Shown one piece after another: positions 1 to 9,331 of a stretch of DNA of 64,000 bases (its first letter is position 1; each line of letters begins with the position of its first letter). The translations under genes and the position numbers were made by a program. The notes under the pieces are model-generated. The model made no database searches. It saw only the letters and a list, made by a program, of their open reading frames with translations, and was not told the origin of the DNA. This DNA comes from Bacteroidota bacterium (GTDB taxonomy: Bacteria > Bacteroidota > Bacteroidia > Bacteroidales > UBA7960). The DNA lies in the NCBI GenBank assembly GCA_007694165.1, contig RECE01000212.1:102538-166537 (forward strand), in the 5' to 3' direction.

Positions 1-759
1 CTCAGGAGTTGCCTGGAAAACATTGCCAAGCAGCTGTTTTTGCGAAGAATGACCCAAAAGATGCAGGTGGAAGGCAAGCAAATCCGGTTTCAGTTTCTCT
101 CTGTACTCTCTCATGAGTTGAAATCTCCCATCAATGCTGTAGAAGGCTACCTGAAACTGATGCAGGACAAACGAAACGGTGACCTTATGGATGACTATAA
201 GGATATGATTGACAGATCACTGACTCGCATCAATGAAATGAGGAGCCTTATCCTTGACCTGCTGGATTTTACCAAAATTGAATCAGGGAAAAAGACCAGA
301 AACATCAAACCTGTTTACCTGTGCGAGATTGCAGGCAGATGTATGGACCTGGTGCAGCCTCTTTGTATTCAAAAAGATATTGATATTCACCTCAATTGTA
401 ACGATAAAGTTTCTTTTAAGGCAGATGTCCAGGAGATGGAGATTATCTTCAACAACCTTCTCTCTAATGCAGTAAAATACAATAATCAAGGCGGACGTAT
501 TGATATAAACCTTACCAGGGAAAGCGGAGATACGATTGTATCTGTTACCGATACCGGAATTGGTATGGAAAGAAGTGATATCGAAAAGTTATTTGAAGAT
601 TTTGTAAGAATTAAAAGTGAACAAACCAAACATATCAGCGGCACTGGTCTGGGTTTGTCAATTGTGAAAAAAATTGCAGATTTGTATGGTGCATCCATAT
701 TGGTAGACAGTGAACCGGGAAAGGGGAGCACATTTACGATAAGGTTCCCTGAAAATTAA
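1..759 (+). CDS. Sensor histidine kinase, C-terminal portion (HisKA + HATPase_c); 5' end outside the window
   Basis: The frame is open from nt 1, and the ORF track starts at an internal Met (nt 40). H-box FLSVLSHELKSPINAV, N-box NLLSNAVKYN, G-boxes VTDTGIGM and GTGLGLSIVKK. Confidence 0.85.
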   Translation, partial: LRSCLENIAKQLFLRRMTQKMQVEGKQIRFQFLSVLSHELKSPINAVEGYLKLMQDKRNGDLMDDYKDMIDRSLTRINEMRSLILDLLDFTKIESGKKTRNIKPVYLCEIAGRCMDLVQPLCIQKDIDIHLNCNDKVSFKADVQEMEIIFNNLLSNAVKYNNQGGRIDINLTRESGDTIVSVTDTGIGMERSDIEKLFEDFVRIKSEQTKHISGTGLGLSIVKKIADLYGASILVDSEPGKGSTFTIRFPEN

Positions 760-799
760 CTTTCTAAAACAAGTACTCACAAACTTATACAACGTTTTA

Positions 800-1444
800 A
801 TGGACCCAAAGAAAACCCGCGATTTACCGGGTAAAACCATAGAAAGGCTCAGCCAGTATCGCCGGATACTCTTTAACAGTATCAACGAGGGTAAGACCAA
901 TATTTACTCTCACGAACTGGCAAAAGTGATGAATCTGACCCCTGTGCAGGTGAGAAGAGATCTTATGCTTATTGGCTATTCCGGAAGCCAAAGCAAGGGA
1001 TATGTCATCAAAGATTTGATTGCACTTATTGGTAGTATCATTGACAGCAAAGAACCTCAGAATGTTGCTATAGTTGGAATGGGAAACCTGGGCAGGGCTA
1101 TTACCAGTTATTTCTCAGGAAAAAGAGACCGACTTTCCATAGTAGCAGCTTTTGACAATGACACCCAGAAAACCGATCGAATCATTGGCGGGGTACCTTG
1201 TCATCATATCAACAAAATCAGTGAAGTAATACCTGCCATGAATATCAAAATGGCCATTCTAACCGTAGCCCCCGAAGGTACCTTTGATGTGGCGAAAATG
1301 CTTATGAACGCAGGTGTAAAGGGATTGCTTAACTATACTTCTGTACCGCTTACCGTACCAGATAATATCCACCTGGAAGAATATGATATCATAACTTCAC
1401 TGGAGAAACTTGCTTTCTTTGTTAAGCAGGATTTTGATGAATGA
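800..1444 (+). CDS. rex: Redox-sensing transcriptional repressor Rex
   Basis: 214 aa. N-terminal wHTH (TIERLSQYRRIL, LAKVMNLTPVQVRRDL) followed by a Rossmann motif VAIVGMGNLGRA. Length and layout are typical of Rex. Confidence 0.85.
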   Translation: MDPKKTRDLPGKTIERLSQYRRILFNSINEGKTNIYSHELAKVMNLTPVQVRRDLMLIGYSGSQSKGYVIKDLIALIGSIIDSKEPQNVAIVGMGNLGRAITSYFSGKRDRLSIVAAFDNDTQKTDRIIGGVPCHHINKISEVIPAMNIKMAILTVAPEGTFDVAKMLMNAGVKGLLNYTSVPLTVPDNIHLEEYDIITSLEKLAFFVKQDFDE

Positions 1445-1484
1445 TTTGATATTTTTGCCTTCCAAACCCATTAATTATTAAGGA

Positions 1485-2402
1485 ATGAGAGTTTTTAAAA
1501 ACACACAGGAAGCATCAGGGAAAATAAAAAACGCAGTAGTTACTACAGGTACCTTTGATGGGGTACATGTGGGACATAAAGTAATTATTGACAGACTCAA
1601 ACAACTTGCGGAAGAAATAGGAGGGGAGTCAACCCTGGTTACTTTTTATCCCCATCCGCGCAAGGTCTTGTATCCTGATCAAAAAGACCTCAGACTCATT
1701 AATTCGCAGGAAGAGAAAATTGAACTGCTCTCCAAAACAGGTCTTGAAAACCTGGTTATCATTCCATTTTCTGTAGAGTTTTCAAAAACCACGGGACACG
1801 ATTTTATTACCGACATTCTCATCGGAAATCTGAACGCGAAAATCATCATTGTGGGACAAAACCACCATTTCGGATATAACCGATCTGGTGACTTTTCCTA
1901 TCTTGATAAACTCAGCCGTGAATTGGATTTCAAAGTCGAAGACATTCCTCTAAAGGACATTGAGAATGAAACCGTTAGTTCCACCAAAATAAGGAACGCA
2001 CTGACTCAGGGCAACATAATGAGAGCCAATGCTTACCTTGACCATCAGTATATCATCACCGGTACCATGAAAAATTCCGTTGAACTCAAAGGTATTGACA
2101 GTAGCGGGTATTTTTCTGTTGAGATTGAAGAAGAAGAAAAGCTGGTGCCACCGCCAGGAGTATACGCTACCAATATTTTGCTCAATGCAGACAGCCTGAA
2201 ATCAATGACCGTTATTACCGAAAAAGAGGGGCAAAGAATCGTAAATAACACCTTGATTTATGATAAGATAAACATCATAGATAAAAGGGCGACGCTGTAT
2301 TTCTACAAAAAAATAAAAGGCCCGGAGATACTTATGGACGGCATGATTGACAGTTCGGAGATAGAAGATGCAAGGGAGGATGTAGATGAATTATTGTATT
2401 GA
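1485..2402 (+). CDS. ribF: RibF-family FAD synthetase (FMN adenylyltransferase) with a divergent C-terminal riboflavin-kinase-like domain
   Basis: 305 aa. The N-terminal nucleotidyltransferase motif TTGTFDGVHVGH is present. The C-terminal half keeps PPPGVYA, but I cannot find the PTAN flavokinase motif. Confidence 0.8.
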   Translation: MRVFKNTQEASGKIKNAVVTTGTFDGVHVGHKVIIDRLKQLAEEIGGESTLVTFYPHPRKVLYPDQKDLRLINSQEEKIELLSKTGLENLVIIPFSVEFSKTTGHDFITDILIGNLNAKIIIVGQNHHFGYNRSGDFSYLDKLSRELDFKVEDIPLKDIENETVSSTKIRNALTQGNIMRANAYLDHQYIITGTMKNSVELKGIDSSGYFSVEIEEEEKLVPPPGVYATNILLNADSLKSMTVITEKEGQRIVNNTLIYDKINIIDKRATLYFYKKIKGPEILMDGMIDSSEIEDAREDVDELLY

Positions 2403-2415
2403 TAAATAATGTGAA

Positions 2416-3207
2416 ATGACCGAAAACGCAGAAGACAACTTCAAAGTGGTATTCCTGGGAACAGGAACTTCTACAGGTGTGCCTGTGGTAGCTTGCGACT
2501 GTGAAGTTTGCCGAAGCACGGATTCGCGCGATCGCCGCCTTCGGACTTCCGTAATGATAACAATCAATGGTCAGAATTTTGTAATTGACTGTGGCCCTGA
2601 TTTCCGCTACCAGATGATCAGAGAAAAAGTGGAAGATATCTCGGCTATTATTTTTACACACGGGCACAGAGATCATATTGCCGGGCTCGATGATGTGAGG
2701 GCATTTAATTATGTGCTCAACAAAACAGTTAATGTATTTGCCAGTGAAGAAGTCGTAGACTCCATAAAACGCGAATTCCCCTATATCTTTACAGAAAAAC
2801 GGTTCTTTGGGGCACCACAACTTGAGTTTCATATTATCAACAACAGCAAATTTATTGTGGAAGATGTGGAATTTACCCCCATTGAAGTATTGCATCACAA
2901 ACTGAAAGTATTTGGATTTCGTATAGGAGCATTTTCTTATATCACCGATGCAAATTTTATTTCGGAGGAAGAAAAAAAGAAGCTGGCAGGTTCTGATATC
3001 CTGGTCATCAATGCCCTGCGAAAATCCAAACACATCAGCCATTTTTCCCTTGAGGAGGCCGTGGAGATAATCAAAGAGGTAAATCCCCGCAAGGCTTACA
3101 TTACCCACCTTAGCCATTTTATAGGGCTACACGCCAATATTCAGAAAGACCTGCCTGAAAACATTTTTCTTGCCTATGATGGACTTAATGTAGAAGTAGA
3201 ATCCTGA
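2416..3207 (+). CDS. MBL-fold metallo-hydrolase (PhnP/GPMB-like)
   Basis: 263 aa. HxHxDH motif in IIFTHGHRDHIAG, and an N-terminal VVFLGTGTSTGVP strand typical of this fold. Confidence 0.8.
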   Translation: MTENAEDNFKVVFLGTGTSTGVPVVACDCEVCRSTDSRDRRLRTSVMITINGQNFVIDCGPDFRYQMIREKVEDISAIIFTHGHRDHIAGLDDVRAFNYVLNKTVNVFASEEVVDSIKREFPYIFTEKRFFGAPQLEFHIINNSKFIVEDVEFTPIEVLHHKLKVFGFRIGAFSYITDANFISEEEKKKLAGSDILVINALRKSKHISHFSLEEAVEIIKEVNPRKAYITHLSHFIGLHANIQKDLPENIFLAYDGLNVEVES

Positions 3208-3303
3208 GTCATCGCTATACTTTTTTTGCGAAAAAATCCCCATTGCATCTGAAAAATCTCCAAAATATATCAGGCAGATACTATAGCCTGTTTAAAATTT
3301 CCG

Positions 3304-3311
3304 TATTTTTG
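3304..3311 (+). promoter_or_regulatory. Bacteroidota -7 promoter box (TAnnTTTG) upstream of hydG
   Basis: TATTTTTG lies about 29 nt upstream of the hydG ATG. The motif alone is weak evidence. Confidence 0.35.
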
Positions 3312-3339
3312 TACCGTAATTACCGAAATAAACATTGAG

Positions 3340-4767
3340 ATGATATACTACCCTGAAAAATACAACATTAAGGATGAACGAATGAAGCCATTCATTGATC
3401 CTGACGAAATTTGGAATTATATCAATAATACACCCTCAGACAAAGAAAGAGTGCGTGAAGTTATCAAACTTTCGCTGGGCAAGAAGAGGCTGTCGCTGGA
3501 AGAAACAGCGGTTTTACTCAACGCCACCGACCCCGAGCTGATAGAAGAAATAAAAGAAGGTGCCAGAACCCTGAAAGAAAAAGTTTACGGGGAGAGAATT
3601 GTTCTTTTTGCTCCTTTATATGTAGGAGACTTATGTACCAATAATTGCCAGTATTGTGGCTTCCGGTCTGAAAACAAGGGCATGAAGCGCATTACCCTCA
3701 ACAGGGAACAACTCATTGAAGAAACTACAGCACTGATTGATCAGGGGCACAAAAGGCTGATCCTGGTCTATGGCGAACATCCTAAGTATTCAGCCGAATT
3801 TATTGCTGAAACCGTTGATATTGTTTACAATGTTAAACATGCCAACGGGGAAATAAGGAGAGTGAACATCAATGCTGCTCCCTTTGATATTCCGGGCTTC
3901 CGAACTATTAAGGATTCAGGAATAGGAACTTTCCAGATTTTTCAGGAAACCTATCATGAACCTACCTATGCAAAGGTGCACCTTGGCGGCGTAAAGCGCA
4001 ACTACGAGTGGAGGCTTACTTCACTTGACCGTGCACAGGAGGCAGGTATCGATGATGTGGGTATTGGTGCACTTTTCGGGCTTTATGACTGGCGTTTTGA
4101 AGTGCTGAGCCTGGTAAGACATGTAAACCACTTTGAAGCAGTTTACAATGTAGGACCCCATACCATAAGTTTTCCGCGCATCCAGAATGCCATGTCTCTT
4201 AACATCGACCAGGAACATCTGGTTTCAGATGATGAGTTTGTCAGGCTGGTATCCATTCTTCGCCTTGCGGTACCTTATACAGGGATGATTCTTACAGCAC
4301 GCGAACCAAAACATATCCGCGATCAGGTATTGCGGTTCGGAGTCTCCCAGATTGATGGAGGTACAAACCTGGAGTTGGGCGGATATTCTAAAGGAAAAAA
4401 GCAAACACAGGATTTATCCATGGAGCAATTTCAAATCAATGATAACCGGTCATTGAACGAAATCATGGACGAACTCATTAAAACCGGGTACATCCCTTCA
4501 TTCTGCACGGCCTGTTACAGGCTGGGGCGCACAGGAGAACACTTTATGGAGTTCTCTGTCCCCGGATTTATCAAAAGATTTTGTTCTCCCAATGCACTCA
4601 TTACCCTGGCCGAATATCTTGAAGATTATGCTCCTGCCGATACCAAAGAGAGTGGCTACAAACTACTTGAACAGAAAATCCATGAATTGTCCAAACATCA
4701 GAATGTTGATAAATTGAGAGAGAATGTAGAAATGGTGAAAGCTGGAAAAAGAGATCTCTATTTTTAG
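3340..4767 (+). CDS. hydG: [FeFe]-hydrogenase H-cluster radical-SAM maturase HydG (tyrosine lyase)
   Basis: 475 aa. Radical-SAM CX3CX2C (CTNNCQYC). The C-terminal CX2CX22C (CTAC-22 residues-C) is counted directly in the sequence and separates HydG from ThiH. An alternative start at Met15 (nt 3382) is possible. Confidence 0.8.
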   Translation: MIYYPEKYNIKDERMKPFIDPDEIWNYINNTPSDKERVREVIKLSLGKKRLSLEETAVLLNATDPELIEEIKEGARTLKEKVYGERIVLFAPLYVGDLCTNNCQYCGFRSENKGMKRITLNREQLIEETTALIDQGHKRLILVYGEHPKYSAEFIAETVDIVYNVKHANGEIRRVNINAAPFDIPGFRTIKDSGIGTFQIFQETYHEPTYAKVHLGGVKRNYEWRLTSLDRAQEAGIDDVGIGALFGLYDWRFEVLSLVRHVNHFEAVYNVGPHTISFPRIQNAMSLNIDQEHLVSDDEFVRLVSILRLAVPYTGMILTAREPKHIRDQVLRFGVSQIDGGTNLELGGYSKGKKQTQDLSMEQFQINDNRSLNEIMDELIKTGYIPSFCTACYRLGRTGEHFMEFSVPGFIKRFCSPNALITLAEYLEDYAPADTKESGYKLLEQKIHELSKHQNVDKLRENVEMVKAGKRDLYF

Positions 4768-4862
4768 TGTTACCGGGAGCTGTGTAATAACGATATCAAT
4801 GGTTGCTGATACTGATGATGCAATCACAAAACAAATAAAACCTATTATAACAAATTTGATAC

Positions 4863-5123
4863 ATGGCAAAGACAAAGATATTAGGTATAATGGTTTATGA
4901 CCGGATCAAAGAAGCCGGAAAAACCCAGGAGATACTTACAAGGTACGCATCCATCATACGCACACGACTTGGGTTTCATGAGTTGTCGCGTGAAGTTTGC
5001 AGCAGAGTAGGGACCATTTTGCTTGTCATGCAGGGTGAGCCTGAAATGATCGAGAAGTTTCAGCAGGAATTAGCTGAAATCGGAGGTATTGAGGTTCAGG
5101 TTATGGAGTTTCGTAATAGCTGA
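4863..5123 (+). CDS. Small ACT-like protein of the TM1266 type (putative iron-only hydrogenase system regulator), copy 1
   Basis: 86 aa. Pattern ILGIMV...ILTRYASIIRTRLGFHEL...GTILLVMQG...IGGIEVQVMEF, located directly downstream of hydG. The family assignment is from memory of TIGR03959-like proteins and was not checked with an HMM. Confidence 0.6.
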   Translation: MAKTKILGIMVYDRIKEAGKTQEILTRYASIIRTRLGFHELSREVCSRVGTILLVMQGEPEMIEKFQQELAEIGGIEVQVMEFRNS

Positions 5124-5169
5124 AACGATTATTTATCAATAAAGTGTTTACCGGAAAAACGATTTTACA

Positions 5170-5421
5170 ATGGAACAGTTGGTTATACTTGGCCTGATGA
5201 TACAGGAAAAAGAAAAACTTGCATTAAAACTGCAAAATATATTCAGCAAATATGGCTGCTGCATAAAAACCCGGTTAGGTTTAAATGAGCTCGATATACC
5301 GGAAACAGGAAGTGCCGGACTTATTCTTCTGGAACTAATGGGAGACAGAGAAGAATGCCTCAGACTGGAGAATGAAATCCTTGCCCTGGAGGGCGTCAAA
5401 GTGCGAAAAATGACCTTTTAA
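5170..5421 (+). CDS. Small ACT-like TM1266-type protein, copy 2 (tandem paralog)
   Basis: 83 aa and colinear with copy 1: ILGLMI...IFSKYGCCIKTRLGLNEL...GLILLELMG...LEGVKVRKMTF. About one third of positions look identical by eye. Confidence 0.55.
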   Translation: MEQLVILGLMIQEKEKLALKLQNIFSKYGCCIKTRLGLNELDIPETGSAGLILLELMGDREECLRLENEILALEGVKVRKMTF

Positions 5422-5495
5422 ATTAATTTTTTCAAAAATACTAACGCTGTTTGCTATCTGGTAATCAGGAATACAAATCGCAACAACTAATATCT

Positions 5496-5903
5496 ATGGC
5501 CAAAATTGTTCATTTATCCGAAGCTGCCTCTCTGGCAATTCACTCCATGGTTTTGATAGCAAAATCCGACATTCATATCAATGTAAATATTCTTTCCAAG
5601 GAAATGGGAGCATCGCGCAATCATCTTGCAAAGGTACTTCAGCAACTGGTAAAACAAAACTTCCTGAGATCTGTAAGAGGACCCAGCGGTGGTTTTGTCC
5701 TTAATGTAAAACCTTCAGAAGTCACCATTCTTGATATTTATGAAGCTATTGAGGGAAAAATTGAGACGCCCCATTGTCCTCTCGACAGGCAAATATGCCC
5801 ATTTGACAAATGCCTTATGGGAGGCATGGTCAACTCTGTCACCCTTCAGTTTAAAGAGTATTTCAAGGAACAAACACTGGCAAAATTTATCAACGAGGCC
5901 TAA
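5496..5903 (+). CDS. Rrf2-family transcriptional regulator with a Cys triad (IscR/NsrR-like)
   Basis: The start was moved from TTG 5451 to ATG 5496 (MAKIVHLSEAASLAIH). The wHTH segment reads LSKEMGASRNHLAKVLQQL. The candidate cluster ligands are CPLDRQICPFDKC. Confidence 0.8.
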   Translation: MAKIVHLSEAASLAIHSMVLIAKSDIHINVNILSKEMGASRNHLAKVLQQLVKQNFLRSVRGPSGGFVLNVKPSEVTILDIYEAIEGKIETPHCPLDRQICPFDKCLMGGMVNSVTLQFKEYFKEQTLAKFINEA

Positions 5904-6036
5904 TCATTTGCTATTTTCTGCTGTTGAGTTTACCATGCCTGAAAAAAAGATTTACAGTGTTCATTAAACCTTTCTCTTATAATTCAATCAAAGGAGCAAA
6001 ACAAATCAATTTTGTAACTTTAAATATTGAATTATC

Positions 6037-6513
6037 ATGAAAACAAAAAAACTGATTTTTATTGCAGCACTTTTTATTGTGTTTATGTCCGTGGATTCAT
6101 TCGGACAAAGGGGAAAGGGAGCAAACCAGGGAGAATGCATGTTGCCTGATCTGACAGAAGAGCAGCAGACAAAAGTAAGTGCTTTGCGCACCGAAAGAAT
6201 TGCAGCTTCAACTCAACACCGGGCAGAGATGGATGAACTGAGAGCCCAAAAAAGAACGCTCACGCTGGCAGAAGCCCCTGATATGAATAAGGTCAATTCC
6301 ATCATAGATCAAATGGCAGCAAAACGCGCTGTGCAAATGAAATCGCAGGCAGAACACCGCCAGGAAGTGAGAAAGTTACTTACCCCGGATCAAAGAGTTA
6401 TTTTTGACAGCAATGCACGTGGACGAATGGGTCAGAGGGAAGGTTACAGAAGTTCTGAAGGCCGCGGACAGGGAAGGTCCAACGATGATATGCGCAGAGG
6501 CAGAAGAAGGTAA
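6037..6513 (+). CDS. Periplasmic Spy/CpxP-family (LTXXQ-motif) protein
   Basis: 158 aa with a signal peptide (MKTKKLIFIAALFIVFMSVDSFG). Two LTxxQ motifs (LTEEQQ, LTPDQR) and an Arg/Gly-rich tail. Confidence 0.6.
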   Translation: MKTKKLIFIAALFIVFMSVDSFGQRGKGANQGECMLPDLTEEQQTKVSALRTERIAASTQHRAEMDELRAQKRTLTLAEAPDMNKVNSIIDQMAAKRAVQMKSQAEHRQEVRKLLTPDQRVIFDSNARGRMGQREGYRSSEGRGQGRSNDDMRRGRRR

Positions 6514-6540
6514 AACATCTGTTAAGATATAGTTTATAAA

Positions 6541-6581
6541 AGCACAAAAGCCCGGAAAACCGGGCTTTTGTGCTTTTATTT
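6541..6581 (+). terminator. Rho-independent terminator
   Basis: Perfect 15-bp stem AGCACAAAAGCCCGG / CCGGGCTTTTGTGCT with an AAAA loop, followed by TTTATTT. Confidence 0.85.
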
Positions 6582-6836
6582 GCGATGATACTGATCAGTA
6601 AAGATTAAGGGTTTCACGGTTCTTTTTATGGTAAATACACGGTGCTGCAGGGTAAAATAATTTTCTACTTTAGCGAGCATCTGACGCTTTTGTAATAGGA
6701 TGGTCGACTAACAGATCATTAAAAATCGTTCTATGGTGAAACTGTGATGGATAATAATCGTATCCTTGACAGTAGGCGATTAATTTCCCAAAACAAAGCC
6801 CCTTATAAAAACTACATTAAAAACTGTCTTATTGCA

Positions 6837-8102
6837 ATGAAAAGAGCTACCCTGATAAGAAAATTAATTATTATTTCAATTATACTTGCTTCGTTCATTT
6901 ACAGCACAAAAGCCGGGGAAACACCTGTAACCATAAAGCCCTATGGATATGTGAGCTATGAAATACTCTATGACACATACCGCTCCCATGATACACGCGA
7001 TGGTGAGCTCTATCTTTTCCCTCAAAGGCCTGTTTTTGATATCAACGGCAATGATATCAATAAAAGGTCAAAGCTTAATATGCTTGCTGTTCAATCAAGA
7101 TTTGGTATCAACATTAGTGGCCCTGATGTATTTGGTGCTCAAACCACTGCACGTATTGAAGCCGATTTTTTTGCCACACACCAGGATTATGTCAGACTGC
7201 TTAGACTCAGGCATGCTTTTGTAAGGTTGCAATGGGAAAGCACGGAGTTGATTTTGGGCAATACCTTTCACCCAACCTTTGTATTGGACTGCTTTCCCTC
7301 AACCGTTTCTTTCGCTGCTGCAGTTCCTTTTCACCCTCTGAACCGTTCTCCTCAAATAAGGCTTACACAGGATTTTGCTTCTGATTTTTCTGCTTCTGTT
7401 TCCTTTTTGATGCACGGATATCATAACAGTGCCGGCCCTAATGACCAACAGCGAAATTCCGGTTTGCCCGATTCGCAATTACAACTCAGATACAATCCTG
7501 CCAATTTACTTTTGGGTGTAACCGCCGGTTACAAATTCCTCTCTCCACGTGATGTTACAGGTGGAAATGTGGCAACCAGTAAAAATGTGGGTTCTTATAA
7601 TCTTCAGGCGTTTTCAAAAATAACCACGCTGCCCGTCACCATGAAGTTTGAGGCACTGTACGGTGAAAATATGAGCAATTTTGTTATGATAGGTGGGTAT
7701 GGCGCCAAAGGTACTCCTGAGGATGGAATAAATCCTGATTTCTGGAACAGCGATTATGATTATGCAAACCTTAAAACCCTTTCTTTGTGGACAGACATTC
7801 ACTCCAACAGCAAAGTGCTGCAGTGGGGATTATTTGCCGGTTATACTGAAAATCTGGGTTCTGATGATCCATTTTTGACCATTCTGGGGGCAGGATTGCT
7901 TCGTTATGCAGACTTACACTATCTGTACCGGGTTTCTCCCAGGCTGACTTACTTTGCATCAAAGAATTTCAGTTTTGGTGCTGAAGTTGCCTATTACAGT
8001 GCAGTATACGCGGAAGAGTTTGATATCAAAAGAAAACCCACACAGTCAATGGATCCGGCGATCAATTATCATACTATTCTTTTCGCAAAGTATACCTTTT
8101 GA
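6837..8102 (+). CDS. Putative outer-membrane beta-barrel porin
   Basis: The start was moved to ATG 6837 (MKRATLIRKLIIISIILASFIYSTKA signal peptide). The body shows an alternating hydrophobic pattern and ends in aromatic residues (AKYTF). No specific family is recognised. Confidence 0.5.
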   Translation: MKRATLIRKLIIISIILASFIYSTKAGETPVTIKPYGYVSYEILYDTYRSHDTRDGELYLFPQRPVFDINGNDINKRSKLNMLAVQSRFGINISGPDVFGAQTTARIEADFFATHQDYVRLLRLRHAFVRLQWESTELILGNTFHPTFVLDCFPSTVSFAAAVPFHPLNRSPQIRLTQDFASDFSASVSFLMHGYHNSAGPNDQQRNSGLPDSQLQLRYNPANLLLGVTAGYKFLSPRDVTGGNVATSKNVGSYNLQAFSKITTLPVTMKFEALYGENMSNFVMIGGYGAKGTPEDGINPDFWNSDYDYANLKTLSLWTDIHSNSKVLQWGLFAGYTENLGSDDPFLTILGAGLLRYADLHYLYRVSPRLTYFASKNFSFGAEVAYYSAVYAEEFDIKRKPTQSMDPAINYHTILFAKYTF

Positions 8103-8137
8103 TAATCTAAAAAAAAAGAGTTTTCTTGTCATTTATA

Positions 8138-8186
8138 TTAACCCCTGCTAAAGGTCTTTTTCCAAAGGCCCGTTAGCAGGGGTTAA
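8138..8186. terminator. Long hairpin between convergent genes (probable bidirectional terminator)
   Basis: 13-bp outer stem TTAACCCCTGCTA / TAGCAGGGGTTAA with a further imperfect inner stem. There is no strong U-tract on either side. Confidence 0.5.
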
Positions 8187-8211
8187 TCTTAGTGATATTT
8201 ATGTTGCGAAT

Positions 8212-9315
8212 TTATACACCGGCAAGCAGGAGAGGGAGTTTCTCCTCCAGATCATAATAATCCAGGTTTCTGCCGATTATGATGCCATTCTGGTCAACCA
8301 AAACATTTTGGGGGATGCTTCTGACAGCATATTCAGCTGCAGGTCCACTCTGCCATCCCTGCAGGTCGCTTACCTGGGGCCATTTAAGCCCATCCTCCTC
8401 AATTCCGCGCACCCAGGCTTCATGGGTTCTGTCGAGCGATACGCCCAATACTTCAAATCCCTCACCCCCAAACTTCTCATAAATCCTTACCAGTTCGGGA
8501 TTGGAATCTCTGCAATAGGGACACCATGACGCCCAGAAACTGATTAGCACCACCTGCCCCTGAAAATTGGACAGTGATATGGATTCTCCCTCCGTATTGT
8601 TTAGTGTAAAATCAATGGCCGGATTACCTGTGGCAACCCGTCTGAGGGTATTGAGGTTTTTTTCCATTTCATCGTAATACCTTGTGCCTTGCAATGATGT
8701 ATCAAATACTGCGAAAATCTTCTCCAGCTCTTCGGGGCTTGCCCCATGCGACAATTGCCTTTGTGCAATGAAAACCGATACAGCCATATCAGGATACTCC
8801 CTGATAAAAGAAAGAACTTCTTCTTTTTTTCGTTCACGAAGTTCGTCGCTCATTTTTCTGAACTCTGCTATGGCTTCCGCATTACCGGCTTTTTCTGCCT
8901 CACCCAATTCGCTTTGCACATATCGGGATCGTTCATCGTATGGGGCTACCAAATCGCCTAACTGTGTAAATATGTCATGCGACTTAGATCCTTCAACGGT
9001 ATACACCAGGGGCTCTCTTTGCGTGATGTTGAGCTGTATTTCGGAATTTTCCATGAATACTGCAATCCTTCCGGGTACTCCATCGATTCTGACATAGTAC
9101 ATCTGGGGAGAATCCATGGTACCCTCAAAAGTAAATACGCCGTTGTAAATGCGGGCGGAGTCCAAATCCACCATCTGTCCGGAAACCCGATCCTGAAGGT
9201 AAGCCAATCCGGCGATCTGCCCCTCAACTTCACCGCGCAAGGTATACTTTTCTTTTAGCGGAGACTGGCATGCAAAAAGTGCTGTAGCCAGCAACAAAAC
9301 AATAGTTTTTCTCAT
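8212..9315 (-). CDS. TlpA-family thiol:disulfide oxidoreductase lipoprotein (thioredoxin fold)
   Basis: 367 aa. Lipobox LLATALFAC and redox motif FWASWCPYC in the C-terminal thioredoxin-like domain. Confidence 0.8.
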   Translation of the reverse strand: MRKTIVLLLATALFACQSPLKEKYTLRGEVEGQIAGLAYLQDRVSGQMVDLDSARIYNGVFTFEGTMDSPQMYYVRIDGVPGRIAVFMENSEIQLNITQREPLVYTVEGSKSHDIFTQLGDLVAPYDERSRYVQSELGEAEKAGNAEAIAEFRKMSDELRERKKEEVLSFIREYPDMAVSVFIAQRQLSHGASPEELEKIFAVFDTSLQGTRYYDEMEKNLNTLRRVATGNPAIDFTLNNTEGESISLSNFQGQVVLISFWASWCPYCRDSNPELVRIYEKFGGEGFEVLGVSLDRTHEAWVRGIEEDGLKWPQVSDLQGWQSGPAAEYAVRSIPQNVLVDQNGIIIGRNLDYYDLEEKLPLLLAGV

Positions 9316-9331
9316 GATTAGTGTTATTTAA

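Noticed and set aside
2332-3117. Other long antisense ORFs: 2332-3117 (261 aa), 13418-14135 (179 and 158 aa), 32800-33519 (239 aa) and 62455-63087 (210 aa).
   Set aside because: Those I checked (2332-3117, 32800-33519 and 62455-63087) are in-phase shadows of well-supported genes (MBL hydrolase, T9SS protein, DUF4301-like). The batC antisense pair was not phase-checked. The sense strand carries the recognisable motifs in every case.
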